64,000 bases of DNA, taken from NCBI GenBank assembly GCA_030264375.1, contig JASCQW010000119.1:6307612-6371611 (forward strand), written 5' to 3'. Of this stretch, positions 25,775 through 39,516 are shown in pieces. Numbering within the stretch: position 1 is the stretch's first letter; each line of letters opens with the position of its first letter. The notes beneath the pieces are model-generated. The model saw nothing but the letters and a program-made list of their open reading frames with translations, was not told where the DNA came from and did no database searches. The position numbers and the translations under genes are program-made. This stretch comes from Carcharhinus longimanus (lineage: Eukaryota).

Positions 25775-26600
25775 GACCATAATACCTCGGAGCAAAAGTA
25801 GGTCATTCGGCCATTCATATCTGCTACAACATTCAATGATATCTTGGGAGAATTGAAATGTAATTTCCTAGTCCACTTTCCGACTTCAATTCAAGGGACA
25901 AATCCCTTGATTCCTTTACTGATAAAAATGCATTTACCTCAGCCCTTAGCAGGCTTACCAGCCCAGACACCACAGCCATCCGTGGTGAATAATTCAATAG
26001 ATTCAATATTCCTGCGATAATAAAATTCTTATCGTTTCTCTCAACGTAGGCGACACTTGACTGAGAATATGTCCTTGGAACATAAACAATACCGCAGTGG
26101 GAACCAACCTTCCCACATCTAAACTTTCAAGCATCCATGGAAATGCAATACATCTCAGACAAGTCATCTCCCAATCTTCTGTACTCGAGTGAATGGAGAA
26201 CAAACCTACTCAACGCCTTGAAAATCTATCTGCACCCAAGTTCACCTTGTGAACTTTGTCGAAACTGCCTTGAATATCAATATATATTTTGTTAGAAAAC
26301 GGAAGCACAGCTATTTGCAATATTTCAAGCGTGGCATAACAGGAGCTTTGTGTAGAAATGTGAGTCTCCTTGGAATGCGGACCTAATTCCCTTTGACATA
26401 ACGGCAAACATTCTATTTACTTTCATTTAGACTTTTTAAGACTGTCGGCTACGTTTTTGTTTTGCGTTTAATGCACAAAGATCCCCAAAAATATTTGTGT
26501 TGCATCTTTTTGCAGCCTTTTAATCAATTTCGATTATATTTACCTTCTTTGTTCTTCCTGCTACATTTCAAAATTGCACATTTGATACGTCATGTAGTTT
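25775..26600 (-). mobile_element. CR1 LINE 3' end
   Basis: ggagcaaaagtaggtcattcggcc 3' tail followed by the reverse-complemented ORF2 C-terminus. Confidence 0.7.
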
Positions 26601-27309
26601 CTGCCTACTTTTTGGTGACTNNNNNNNNNNNNNNNNNNNNNNNNNNNNNNNNNNNNNNNNNNNNNNNNNNNNNNNNNNNNNNNNNNNNNNNNNNNNNNNN
26701 NNNNNNNNNNNNNNNNNNNNGACTCACGTAACCTGTCTACATACAGTTTTAAATCCAACAATCAACGTTAGCCCTTGCCATCCCAATTTTTTAGAGACCA
26801 GAATCTTGCCAATATATATACAAATTTTTTCCCGCATCAGACCGGAGTAACCGTGTTTAGAATTCAGCATGATGACCCCAAAAAGCATATTTTTATTTTC
26901 CTTTGACACTTAGTAGATTGGTCAATCTTGTTCTTGAAAGCGATTATTGTTCTACCTCAAACAGTCGAATCCAAGATCAAGCACCGGTTTTATTTTATTA
27001 ATTATTAATTATTACAAGCCTTTTGTTTTGCTAAAGCTTCAAGATTAGTGCTTGGTGTTGGGACATTTCCTATTTTGTAGTGCCCTCTAATTAATAAGGA
27101 TTCTACAAAAGATGTTTGAGAAAAACTTGTTTTGCTTATGAAAGGTAAATAACTGGGGGTGTCGTTAATCAATTCCAAATGATTGTTAAACATAAATAAT
27201 GAACGTGGATGGTTTTGTGGCTTCTGATTTCCAATTGGAATATATATTGATTAGCGGATGATGGAAGTCACATGGAATGTTACCTTTTGTATAATTGACC
27301 CAATTCACA

Positions 27310-27510
27310 GAGTTACCGAGTAACAAACGGGTATTGGAGAACGGATGTATTGGTCCTGCAGAGAGCCAGAAAGAACCTGAGGCGCTGAAAGACCTCTTCT
27401 GCGAAGAGAGGGATAACTTTATCCATGTATTGGCCTGGAGATCAGGTAATAACATATTCGTCTGTGTTGGGGCGAAGCTTCCCAACATTAGACGCCCAGA
27501 GGAGATTGTA
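27310..27510 (+). mobile_element. Possible Gypsy integrase C-terminal fragment
   Basis: QRARKNLRR*...YWPGDQVI resembles ARENL...FQPGDQVL. Confidence 0.3.
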
Positions 27511-28049
27511 GATGCTCATTTGTGTCTTGCAGCATCTTATGTTGTCTGAATAATTTAATATTTTATTTATGGATGAACAGTTGACATATAAAAAAAATAA
27601 AAGAAGAATAAAAAGAAAAAAAAATGATATAAAAATATTAATTAATTATCGATTGTAACATTTTAACATTCACTTTCCGGATGTTTGACCAGGGAGTTAG
27701 ATTTTTTTTCTAATGACTGAACAGATTTGCTATAATACTTTTAGAATGTGTCGATGACAGTGGGATACAATGGCACCATCCATAAATTAATTATGCTTTG
27801 CGGCCTAGTACTATTCTGTACGCATGTTCGTAATTCTGTATAGTAAAATCTTCAAACTCGAAAGTGATAGCTCTTTTATTAGACAACATAAAATAGGATG
27901 TGCTTCCATCTGAGACACAGATAGGGTTCAGGTGGGAATTCTTGAATTTCAATGCCGGAGTAGACTTGAGAATTTAAAAGACGGGACCTTCCCTTTCTAT
28001 AACATAAACAGAGGGTTTTGAGTGAAAGTTGGAAGCAGATCAGTCTTAC

Positions 28050-28085
28050 CTTCATCACTTGCATCTTGAAGCTTACTCTCGAGTT
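28050..28085 (-). CDS. 36-nt micro-exon (ELESKLQDASDE)
   Basis: gtctgtgcctttcag|...GAAG|gtaaga, phase 1/1, open. Confidence 0.8.
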
Positions 28086-29489
28086 CTGAAAGGCACAGAC
28101 GTTAATGTTGCGTATTAACTGCAAGGCTTCCCCCTGTTCATGTTCATGAACTTCCAAACTTTATTCCCACTGTATCTATTTTCAGATACAAGGTGCAGCA
28201 GAACTGTGCAGGTCGTACAGCCATCGCAAATTTGGTGCTCAGTGAATCAAGGTAATAGAAAGATAAAGTGATGGAAATACTCAATGATCATGCAAGCTTT
28301 TCCTCATATATGGACATTGGTTATTTGCCCGCAGATGCTGCCAGATCTGCTAACCATTTCCGGATGAATTGTTGATATTTACAATTTGAACTATCCACCA
28401 TCTCTATGTCTTATATTCATGTCTGATATCTAACCCATTGTCATCAGTGCAAGGCTTTCCCCTGTTCCTAACCCATTGTCATCAGTGCAACAAAACAATC
28501 AGCTATAAGAATGTGTAAACTAAAGCTCAACTAATCGCTTCTTGTTGATCATTTTGAATTTGGAATTGTTGGGATGAAGGCTGATCTTTGTGTCTCCACG
28601 TGTCATTGGGAGTTGTATGTTTACTTCCCCGTCTATTCTATGAGGGCTTTATCAGTTTCAGATTCAGAAAACTGTGCATTCGTGTACGATTACATAGCTT
28701 AAGTACTAAACCCTTTGACTGTCTCTGCTGCTCAATGATTATTGAATTTTCGGATATGAAATCGTTCATTGCTGTTTTTGTTTAATCCATGCTCCCACTG
28801 CAGGAAATACCTGTTATTCCTGAATATGTCAGGGTGGTGGTTGGGGGGGGGGGGGGGATCTAAGCGCGTTAATAATGAATATTTTTACCTCAACAAAAAT
28901 CGTTAAGTGGAATTAAATCAAAATACATTGAAATATTCATCCACATGGTAGAGAGCAATTTGGACAGGATATGCCAAAAGATTGTCACGCTGTACGCTAA
29001 GATTTGCCTGAAGCAAAGGGAGCTGGTGACCCCCAGGTAGTAGAAAAGAGCCAAGCAACCAATGCATCCTGTGACCATTTCCCTGCCAAAAAAAAAATCA
29101 TCGCTTAGGATATTGTTGAAAGGAGTGATCTCGCAGTGGATAAAGGTTGCAGACAAATCTGAAGCACCACGGCTGTTTCTCCTGCAGAGTAGAGGATAAA
29201 AACGTACCAACATGAAATAGCATAGGGAATTCAATTATAATGAGAATAGACGGGCGTTTCTGTGGCCGCAAAGGAGACTCCAGTTTGGTATGTTGCCCCC
29301 TTTCTCCACGGAACCCACCTCATCACCAGTTCCAACCCCCCAATCCCCGCCCCCCTGTACACCCCACCTGTGCTCAGGTTATGGATTTCTCAGAGTGGTT
29401 ACGGGGTATTCTGGAGGTGGAGGTGAGCAACGACTGGTCCTGGCATATATCAGTACAGATAGCACAAATTAAAAAATAAAAGAAGTGAT

Positions 29490-32420
29490 CTTAAAAACCC
29501 AGTTGGGAAGAGAGTTGAGAGGTCAGAACCCAATGATAGAGATCGCAGGATTACGACCAGGGTCACGTGATAATTAAATTAGAAATTGTAGGACATGTCG
29601 GATGAAGAGATGGTATGAAGTGGAGGAGACCAAATTTCTGTGACTTTGGGACTGGTTCTGGTGGACTTGGGAATACTGCAATCTGGGCAGATTACACGTG
29701 GTCAGGACCAGGTCTGAGGTCCTCAGGGTCGTATTTCAAAGTATGATTGAGAACGAGTTAACTTAAAATGGCAACAGTTTGGGAACCTGTGCCAGGAATC
29801 AATCGAGGGAGAATCAAGGACAAACATCAAAGTCAGAAAGAGAAAGAAAAACAGTAAAAGCAGAGAAACTAAGGTCCAAGTCAAACGGGACCTCAGTGAA
29901 AATAATGGGAATAGGACCAATAATTTAAATAACGTTCTCCCTGAAGGCTTTGTGCGTTAATGCACGTAATTATTATAATACAATGGATGGATGAACAGGT
30001 ATGTGTAGTCGGGATTTGGGGCATGTGGCTATAGGGTGACCAAGGATGGAAACTGATCATGCAGGTATATTTAGAAATTAAAAAGAAAACGAGGCCTGGT
30101 TGCACTGCTGCTTGAGGATGAATTTAATACCATACTAAGGAAGAGTATTACTTCCAAAGAATGTGGAACTTATATGGTAGTGCTATGAAGCACCAAAGAT
30201 CAAAAGTGTTGGTGAGTATTGTACACCAACTCCCAAGCTGCCGTTGTGAAGCTGGTGATGACTTTAAACGGGAAATTAGAGATGCATGCGCAGAATCAGT
30301 ATCTGAAGTTATGGGTTCTTTTAATCTGTATATACATTGTGCAAAACAAAATAATAACACTACTATAGGCGAGGAATTCCTGCAGTGTATACATGATAGT
30401 TTTCTGGACCAATAAGTTGGGGAACATGCAATACAAGACTTGGCATTATGTAATGAGAGATGAAAGGTTGGCAATCTACTTACGCAAGACCCTTTTAAGA
30501 ATGAACAATCATTAGATGATGGATTTTTTTTTAATGAAGATGCATTGTGATTTTGAGACAAAACTATAGGATGGTAATAAAGGAATTTATGATGATGTAA
30601 GGTGCGAGTTGGCTATAATGGTTTTGGAAACGTTACTTAAAACTACCGCGATGGATACACAATGGCAAACATTCAAACAGCTTGTGGGTGAACTAAAACA
30701 ATTCTTTATTCCTGCCTGTCACAAAAGTCAAAGCGGAAAAGTAGCCAAAACATCGTTATAGTTCGCATTGTATCCGAGGAAGAGGAATTATAGTTGGTGA
30801 AGAAAGATCGACAGACCTGAGTATTGGGAACAGTTTGGAATTCAGCAAAGGAGGACAAAAGGAATGATTATAAAATGAGAAAAAAAAGTACAGAGCAAGC
30901 TTGCAGGAAAAGTAAAAAAAAACTGACCATGAAATTTCCTATAGGTATTTGAAGAAAATAACAAGATTGTTCAAGATTGATGAATTCATACAATGAGAAA
31001 TACGAGATTTTACATGGCGAAATATTAACGGATGGCCATCTGAATGCATACTTTGGTTCTGTCTTCACAATGGAGGTCACAAAAAAGATACCAGAAATGT
31101 TGGGAACCACGGGGCTTCATTGAATGGGAGAAACTGTAGGAGATTAATATTCGTCAAGAAATGGTGAAGAATAAACTGATGGGGCTGAAGCCCTATAGAC
31201 TGCCAAGGCCTGCTAAGCTACGGCTGAGAGTAAGTAACGAAATAGCCCCAAAAATCTCTAGATGCATTTGTGGTCATTTTTACGTTTTTCTATACACTGT
31301 GGAACAGATCCTAAAGATTATAAGTTAGCCAATGTAACCTCACTATTTTAGAAGTTAGGCAAGATAAAAAATAAGGAATTATAAACCAGTAAGACTGACG
31401 AAGTAATCGAAAAATAACTAGAATCGATTATCAAAGATTTTTTTCCAAAATACATGAAAGACAATGGTAGAATTGGACAGAGTTGGCATGAANNNNNNNN
31501 NNNNNNNNNNNNNNNNNNNNNNNNNNNNNNNNNNNNNNNNNNNNNNNNNNNNNNNNNNNNNNNNNNNNNNNNNNNNNNNNNNNNNNNNNNNNNNNNNNNN
31601 NNNNNNNNNNNNNNNNNNNNNNNNNNNNNNNNNNNNNNNNNNNNNNNNNNNNNNNNNNNNNNNNNNNNNNNNNNNNNNNNNNNNNNNNNNNNNNNNNNNN
31701 NNNNNNNNNNNNNNNNNNNNNNNNNNNNNNNNNNNNNNNNNNNNNNNNNNNNNNNNNNNNNNNNNNNNNNNNNNNNNNNNNNNNNNNNNNNNNNNNNNNN
31801 NNNNNNNNNNNNNNNNNNNNNNNNNNNNNNNNNNNNNNNNNNNNNNNNNNNNNNNNNNNNNNNNNNNNNNNNNNNNNNNNNNNNNNNNNNNNNNNNNNNN
31901 NNNNNNNTAATATTTCCACATTTTCAGACTGAGTTGGGTGCTGGATGGAAGGGTGAGCTTTGAGAAGGATACAGAGAAACCTCAAGTGTAATTTGTTCTT
32001 TGAGTGAACAAATTGAATGCAGTTGCAGCACAATTTGAATAAATGTAAGGTCACTCTCCTCGGTAGTTAAAACTGTTTGAACAATTACTATCCAAATGCC
32101 CAAAATTGGGAGAGAGGAAATTGAATGAAGCATGCCTTTGTGCATTAGTCACTGAAGGTAAGAATGCATGTGCAGCAGGCAGTGAAATAAAATGCAAATG
32201 CTATGCGAGTCTACACAGGATTAAGAGAGGAGTTAAAATATCAGAAATGATTAAAATAATTCAAAAACCTATGGAACTTCATATCATTATGACAAATTTT
32301 GAAATTTAACAAACATTATATTGATTTGTTAGGGCCTACGGGATTGTTAAACAATAATTATGTATTTTGCACACTGCTGGATTCCAGTTACACCTTATTC
32401 ACGAAGGAATCATCTTTTCA
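29490..32420 (+). mobile_element. Long CR1 LINE relic (end of ORF1, APE, RT, with gap)
   Basis: VMGSFN..GEEFLQCIHDSFLDQ; LNAYFGSVFT; ANVTSLF..NYKPV; C-terminal RT after the gap. Many stops. Confidence 0.85.
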
Positions 32421-32499
32421 AAGGTTTTTGTTACAGTGAGATTCATAGATGTGAAAGTTTACAACAATTCAAGGGACAGGACGTTGGCACTGCTACCCC

Positions 32500-32772
32500 A
32501 CAGCGCCAGGGACCCAGCTTCAAATCCCAGCTTGTGTCACTATGTGGAGTTTACACATTCTCCCGATGTCTGAGTGGGTTTCTTCCGTGTAGTCCCATTT
32601 CCTCCCACAGTCCAAAGATGTGCGGGTTAGGTGCATTGGCCACGCTAAATTGCCCCTTAGTCAGGGAGATTAGCTTGGGTATTGGGATAGTGTCTGGATG
32701 GTATTGTCGTCGATGCCAATTCGATGAATCGAAATGCCTCCTTCTGCACTGTAGGATTCTATGATTCTATGA
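32500..32772 (+). mobile_element. HE1-type SINE
   Basis: cacagcgccagggaccc head, cccacagtccaaagatgtgcgggttagg core, ctgtaggattctatgattctatga tail. Confidence 0.9.
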
Positions 32773-32857
32773 CTGTGGTGTCAAGTGCTAGTTAACAGAG
32801 TGAAACAATATTCTTACTTGTGAATAATAGCATACATTCGACTTGGACCAGACTTAC

Positions 32858-32884
32858 CCAGGAGTCTGGAACGGGCGTTAACTG
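32858..32884 (-). CDS. 27-nt micro-exon (xVNARSRLL) with NAGNAG acceptor
   Basis: ttactttttttctattgatgtccatctcag|CAG...TGG|gtaagt, phase 1/1. Confidence 0.75.
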
Positions 32885-33079
32885 CTGAGATGGACATCAA
32901 TAGAAAAAAAAGTAATCTGTCAGAAACTAAATTGATGCAATTCAAACAAACAACATCTCACGTTATTCTCCTGTTCTCGTGGCCAATGTAGGACTTTCCG
33001 AGGGGCGTTCAGCAAATTAGATGAACCATACAGATTTCCATTTCCTTGAGCCCACACTTCCAATCTTGTGCATCTGCAA

Positions 33080-33820
33080 ACATGGATGTTTGGTTCAAAT
33101 AAGAAAGTGTTGGTGGCAGCTAATATATACCATTCGAATTTCAGCTGCGTTTGATAGTGTAGATATAATTGAACATAAGAGGTTCTTTGTTGCACTCCAA
33201 TTTGTTGTTTTCCACTTGCTAAGTATTGTCCCAGAGCGAGCTTTGAAGACTGGGATTTTGCAATGTCCTGGCCAATGGTTTGAGGACCATGGGGCAGTGG
33301 CTGCAGAGGTGAAGTGGTGGAAATGTCATTCTCTAATGCTCTCCAAGCGTAGAATATGGAGAAACGTCTCATTGTGCATAACCCACTGCCATTATCTGCC
33401 CGATATGAGTTATATGTTTTAAATATCAGGAGTTTTGCAACTGGAATACAGGCAATCAGGCATGATATACTTTCTACAGCTGAATTTAGTTACACTTTCT
33501 TTGATCTGCCATTTCCATTCCACTGCCGTCCAGCTGCGTTCCAGGCTCACGTTTTAAACTGCATATGCCAACGGTTTTAATATCGGAAATGGGGTCTGCT
33601 CCCGTATTGCAGTATGTAATGTCCCAGCGTCTCAACATGAGGCTCCGGCTTTGGATTATTACAACGGGATGGGGATCAAGGAGGTGCCTTTGGAACGTTG
33701 GAGACACTCCTGGTCTAGAATTATTAGCTATGGTAACAGCCGAAACATTGTCATGGTGCTCGATTAGTTATGTCAAAGAATTGGGATCCAAGAGTCATTC
33801 TTGGAGACAAGCACGTTTTT
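33080..33820 (-). mobile_element. CR1/L2-group LINE APE fragment
   Basis: Reverse-complement similarity by eye to the 2170-3595 element. Confidence 0.55.
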
Positions 33821-34869
33821 TTAACCCACATGCTGAGGGGAAATAAATGGAAAGACATAACGTCCAGTTGTTTAGGAGTCCAGGACGAACGCATCTGAAC
33901 ATGAGTTATATCGTATCAACACCAGCGGGAACTCAGAAGAAAGGATTAACAGAAGATGGTCAGAATGTGCAATGCGTTACTCTATGAAGCATTGGGAGAT
34001 TTTTTTCGCACGTTTGAGAGAAAAAAATAACACGTTTAGAAACATACGGGGACTATGGTATGGTATCGAGATTGGTGAGACGCAAATGATTGTCTGGAAG
34101 TTCGTGTAGAGTATGTGACAGTGAGCAAGTTAATGTTTCCGTCAGGAGTGAAAACATGGAATACATTGTCTCATGCAATTTTGAGGGTGCCATCCTCAAG
34201 ACAGTTTACGGCTGATTTGCAGCGAAGGCCAGTCATTGAAAACAAGCTGTATCCACTCAGTTATCTGTGGTATTCCTTGCCCGTTTCTCTCTCCCATTTA
34301 ATTCAGTGCAACTTCATTCTGCCATTCGCTGAAGTGGACGGCAAAAGCATAATTAGTCCCTCTCTCACAGTTGTGACTCACGACTCTTGAATCCGAAGTT
34401 CATCGACGATGCATTTTGTTGAATGTCAGTAACTTCTGCGTCATATGATTTGCATGCAGGTGTCTTCTCACTGTTCCTCCATTAGCACACCATTACTCAC
34501 GCAGTGACTCAGTCACTCACTAACTCATTCTGACAATTCAGTTGGTTCCTTTAATAAGTTTTATTGGACAAGGCTCCGATTGAGTGTTAAAAGACATACC
34601 AGAACTTATCCTCAATCCAACTATATTCTGGTTCCCTGACTGGGGTTTACATCTTCAGGAACTATTACAGCAATTTTACAGGAGCAACCCACTAATATCG
34701 TTTAACATCACTGCGTTTTTGTTGGGGGAATCTCAAAGTTTGGAAGATGTAGGGAAGAAAACCTCCACAAAACATATCATTCTTAATTGCCATAGATTCC
34801 GATTAATTAATCTATGATTATAGATCATAAAGTCATCTTATTGCTATTGGCGTCACATGTCGGCTTATA

Positions 34870-35100
34870 TTAGCACTGCAATTAAGTTACTGTGAAACTC
34901 CCCTATGTGCCACGCCCTGGCGCCTGTCTGGGTGCAGTAAGAGAAATTTGGCATGGACAATGCACCTAACCAGCACGTCTTTAGGATTGTGAGACGAAAC
35001 TGGAACACCTGGATGGAAAGCACAGAGACACGTATTGAATATGCTGACTTCACATAGACAGTAACCCAAGCCGATCATCCAACCTGGTCCGTGGACTGTG
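34870..35100 (-). mobile_element. tRNA/V-SINE interrupted by the Penelope insertion
   Basis: ggacaatgcacctaaccagcac core. The head resumes at 36820-36855 after the duplicated target site. Confidence 0.75.
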
Positions 35101-35195
35101 ATGATGCAGAGATGCCGGCGTTGGACTGGGATAAACACAGTAAGAAGTCTCATAACGCCAGGTTAAAGTTCAACAAGTTTATTTGGTAGCAAATA

Positions 35196-35238
35196 CCACT
35201 CGCTTTCGGAGTGCTGCTCCTTCGTCAGGTGAGTGGGG
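35196..35238 (-). ncRNA. Minimal hammerhead-ribozyme-like motif (Penelope terminal repeat)
   Basis: Reverse strand reads cac-CTGACGA-aggagcagcactcc-GAAA-gcga-gtg; the cleavage triplet appears mutated. Confidence 0.45.
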
Positions 35239-36723
35239 AGTTCTGATCACAAAAAGGGCATATGTAGGCACACACTCAGTTTACAGAATACGGATAAGTG
35301 TATCTTCAAGNNNNNNNNNNNNNNNNNNNNNNNNNNNNNNNNNNNNNNNNNNNNNNNNNNNNNNNNNNNNNNNNNNNNNNNNNNNNNNNNNNNNNNNNNN
35401 NNNNNNNNNNNNNNNNNNNNNNNNNNNNNNNNNNNNNNNNNNNNNNNNNNNNNNNNNNNNNNNNNNNNNNNNNNNNNNNNNNNNNNNNNNNNNNNNNNNN
35501 NNNNNNNNNNNNNNNNNNNNNNNNNNNNNNNNNNNNNNNNNNNNNNNNNNNNNNNNNNNNNNNNNNNNNNNNNNNNNNNNNNNNNNNNNNNNNNNNNNNN
35601 NNNNNNNNNNNNNNNNNNNNNNNNNNNNNNNNNNNNNNNNNNNNNNNNNNNNNNNNNNNNNNNNNNNNNNNNNNNNNNNNNNNNNNNNNNNNNNNNNNNN
35701 NNNNNNNNNNNNNNNNNNNNNNNNNNNNNNNNNNNNNNNNNNNNNNNNNNNNNNNNNNNNNNNNNNNNNNNNNNNNNNNNNNNNNNNNNNNNNNNNNNNN
35801 NNNNNNNNNNNNNNNNNNNNNNNNNNNNNNNNNNNNNNNNNNNNNNNNNNNNNNNNNNNNNNNNNNNNNNNNNNNNNNNNNNNNNNNNNNNNNNNNNNNN
35901 NNNNNNNNNNNNNNNNNNNNNNNNNNNNNNNNNNNNNNNNNNNNNNNNNNNNNNNNNNNNNNNNNNNNNNNNNNNNNNNNNNNNNNNNNNNNNNNNNNNN
36001 NNNNNNNNNNNNNNNNNNNNNNNNNNNNNNNNNNNNNNNNNNACCACCCAGCCTTCAGGAGAACACCACGACACCACACAACTGTGTCACAGCAACCTCT
36101 GCAAGACATGCCAGATCATCGACACGGATGCCATCATCTCATGTGAGAATACCATCCATGAGCTACACGGCACATAGCCTTGCAACTTGGCCAACATTGT
36201 CTACCTGATACGCTGCAGGAAAGGATGTCCCAAGGCATGTTACATTGGGGAGACTATGCAGACGCTACGACACGGATGAATGAACACCGATCGACAATCA
36301 CCAGGCAAGATTATTCTCTTCCTGTTGGATAACACTTCAGCAGTCACGGGCCTTCGGCCTCTGATCTTCGGGTAAACGTTCTCTAAGGCGGCCTTCACAA
36401 CACACGATAACGCAGAGTTGCTGAGCAGAAACTGATAGCCAAGCTCCACACACATGAGGACGGCCTTAAGCGGGATCTTGGGTTCATGTCAGGTGAGTGG
36501 GGAGTTCTTTATTTGTAACACCCATAATTTGCCTGGGCTTGAACATCTCACTTACTGTCCTGTCTGGAGACAATACACAACTCTTTAACCTATGCTTAAT
36601 GCTATCTCCACTCACATTGTCTGCACCTTTAAGACTTGATTTGCTGTAAGGACTCACATTCTAATCAGTATTCTGTAAACTGAGTGTGTGCCTTTATTTG
36701 CCCTGTTTGTGAGCAGAACTCCC

Positions 36724-36763
36724 CACTCACCTGACGAAAGAGCAGCGCTCTGAAAGCTAGTGG
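36724..36763 (+). ncRNA. Minimal type-I hammerhead-ribozyme-like motif (Penelope terminal repeat)
   Basis: cac-CTGACGA-a-agagc-agc-gctct-GAAA-gcTA-gtg: core boxes, a paired stem II, and stem I cac/gtg. Confidence 0.6.
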
Positions 36764-38699
36764 CGTTTGTTTTCAAATAAACCTGATAAACTTTAACCTG
36801 GTGTTGTGAGTATTCTTATCGTGGACTGTGCCAACTAGTGTATCGCCATGCCGCCTGGTTATATGAGCATCAATTAGGAGTGAGAACATTGAATCAAAGG
36901 ATAAAGATCATTAACGTGTCGACGACTGAAAATAATTATGAAAAGCAGCCATCACTCAAGTCAGGTAGTTCGAGTCCATTTTAGGAAACTCAAAATCAAT
37001 TCTGCTCAGTTGTGAACTCCTGAGCAATGGTTAATCCAAGAGCGGCTTTTTTCACGTTGTTGGACGCATCAAGTCCCACTGGATATCTGGACGTGAAACT
37101 GGGAAATTTCCCGTGTGCACTCTTCCACTGTGTGTCCGTGGACAATAAGTTAATAAAGGTCCCAAGTACCCATTCTCATATTGCCGCTGTTTCAAAATTC
37201 ACTCGGATAATACATCATTGAATGTACTTGCGTAACAGACGTTTTTCCAAGATGCTACTACATCAGCAAGCTCGTATTAGCACCCGACCCTCACACAACT
37301 CTGTGCGACTTCCAGGGTTTTTGTCCAGCAGCATTAATTGGATGGCGATATTATGCCAATCTTTGAATGGCTTGGAGGGCTACTTGGAGATGATTTTTTT
37401 CCCCCTAGGTACCTGGTGCTTTTGACCTCCTAGATACGAGTGCCCTGGGTTTGGACGGCATTGTCTAATACTGCCTGATGTCTTATTACCGTGCATTGTG
37501 CAGGTATGCACAGTTCTGTCATTGTGCACTGGTGACGGCAGTGAATATTTATGGATATGTTTCGAATCAAACGGCTAGCTTTCTCCTGGACTGTTTCGAG
37601 CTTATGGGTATCAACTTGGAGCTGCAGTCATCCATCCAATAACAGAACATTCCAGCAAATGCTTTGCAAATTGTGGACAGGCGTTTGGGTGTCAAAACGT
37701 GAGTTTTTGCAACAGTACTCAGCTTTGCTCTGGCATCGACAATAGATAAGTGGTTTATATAGTTAAGTTTCTTATTAATTGAAAGGACCAGGATTTTGAA
37801 ACGATTCGAATGTATAATAATCAGTACTTTGATGTTTAATGATGGAGCATGCTCGAGAAGCTGACTTGTTTGATCCTCTTCTTCACTTAACTCTGTGTTT
37901 TACTGATCATCTTAAACTAACCTTTATTGTTGCCCGCGTACTTCAGCTTCTGGAGTTCTAATGAAGAAACCACAGACAAATTACTAGGTGCCGGTGTACA
38001 GCAGATTAGATTAACTATTCTGTCTATACTTCACATAAAATTAAAGTTTAGTCTTTGAAAAAGAAATGCATCAGCCGTGTTTTGTTTAATTACCCAAGAT
38101 TGTTTCTTCCAAATCTTTTTCTAAAGGAGGAAGAACAAAATTTCATTCGACCTGCACTGTAAGTATTAATTATTTGCTCGTCGTGCGTGACAGCTAATCA
38201 AAAAAAAAACAAACAGAACTTGTAACCTGATGCAGGACCAAATTTGCTCAAAATATAAATTAGGTGTAACTTAAAGCTTTTTGAGCGTTTTTTGGTTATC
38301 TGAATGTCTTGGATAGATAGCCAGAGAAAAAAATATACAGATCTTGAACCCAAATGTCTTGATGAAAAACGTTTCGAACCCTCTGTAGTAGTCAGGGTGA
38401 TATACATGAGACAAAATTAGGGAACTACGTACATCTTTCTGATTTTCATGCAGATTGGGTAAAACATATTAAACACAGAAGCACATTCTCCACTCAATGT
38501 TAGAGTCATAGATTTCGATACCTCCACGTAGAGTGTTCTGGTGAATTAGTTAACATTTAGTGCACTGTACCCAGGTTTGTCCTCCATTTTACCCTGACAA
38601 ATCAATCCCTGGAATTTTAGAATACCTCACAACGTTCGCTATTTATATTATGTACAAATTGTGTCACCCAGACACGTAAGCTAGACTGGAGTCAGGTCA

Positions 38700-38880
38700 T
38701 TGAATGACTTTAAGACAGAGATAGCTAGGTTCTTGATTAATAAGGGGATCAGGGATTATGGTGAAAAGACAGGAGAATGAGGATGAGAAAAAAAGAAACA
38801 GTCATGATTGAATGGCAGAGCAGACTCGATGGGCCGAGTGGTCTAATTCTGCTCCTTTGTATTATTGTTTTATAGTCTTA
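38700..38880 (+). mobile_element. CR1 3' end
   Basis: gatagctaggttcttgatt...gcagactcgatgggccgagtggtctaattctgctcct tail. Confidence 0.8.
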
Positions 38881-39516
38881 CGGAAAAGTTGCACACAATT
38901 CTTCTCTGGGCACAACTGGCTTAATTCTGCTCTCATTACCATAGACAATGTTCATGCCTGCATGTATTGCTGAAAGGACATATGGATGTGTGCAAACAGA
39001 TATGGGCTGAAACTCACAATTTGTGACTCGAGGCGTCAATGAGTGCGCCAAATCAGTTTAAAATAACAATATCTAAATGAAGCGAGTGGCAGCACTAACG
39101 TGCAAGAGGCTGTTCGCCATGAAAAACTGATTGAAACGTGTTGCTTCTTTGCATTAAATGTTGTTTTGTGCTGTCAGTTCCAAAGGATTATGATTATCTA
39201 TAGAACAATGTATTCAGAGCAGATGTCTTCCCGCGGAGTAACAATGAAACTATGTTCACCCAAATGATATAACAAGCTAGGTAAAGCGGCAGATACTCTC
39301 CCCGCTGCCCCCCCCCCACCCCCCCTCCCCCCAAAAAAAAGCAGTGAAACGGGTCGGCTTGATCAATGATAAATATTGGTTCCATGCTCACTATCAGTGT
39401 GGCAGATTTCACCTTCAAAACGTAACAATTTACTTGAAATCTCTGGACGTCTGGAATCCTCGTCCAGTGATAATATCAAGTCCACCCCTCCCGCTATTCC
39501 GACACGCGTTACTTAC

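Larger units (their letters stand above)
35101..36819 (+). mobile_element. Penelope-like retroelement with GIY-YIG endonuclease and inverted terminal segments
   Basis: CKTCQII..NIVYLIRCRKGCPKACYIGET..H (36085-36480). About 35140-35295 is the reverse complement of about 36665-36820. TSD cgtggactgtg at 35090-35100 and 36820-36830. Confidence 0.9.

Noticed and set aside
31418-36208. Long ORFs in the track around 31.4-32.0 kb and 35.2-36.2 kb (also 54.3-55.1 kb)
   Set aside because: Artefacts of translating through N gaps.
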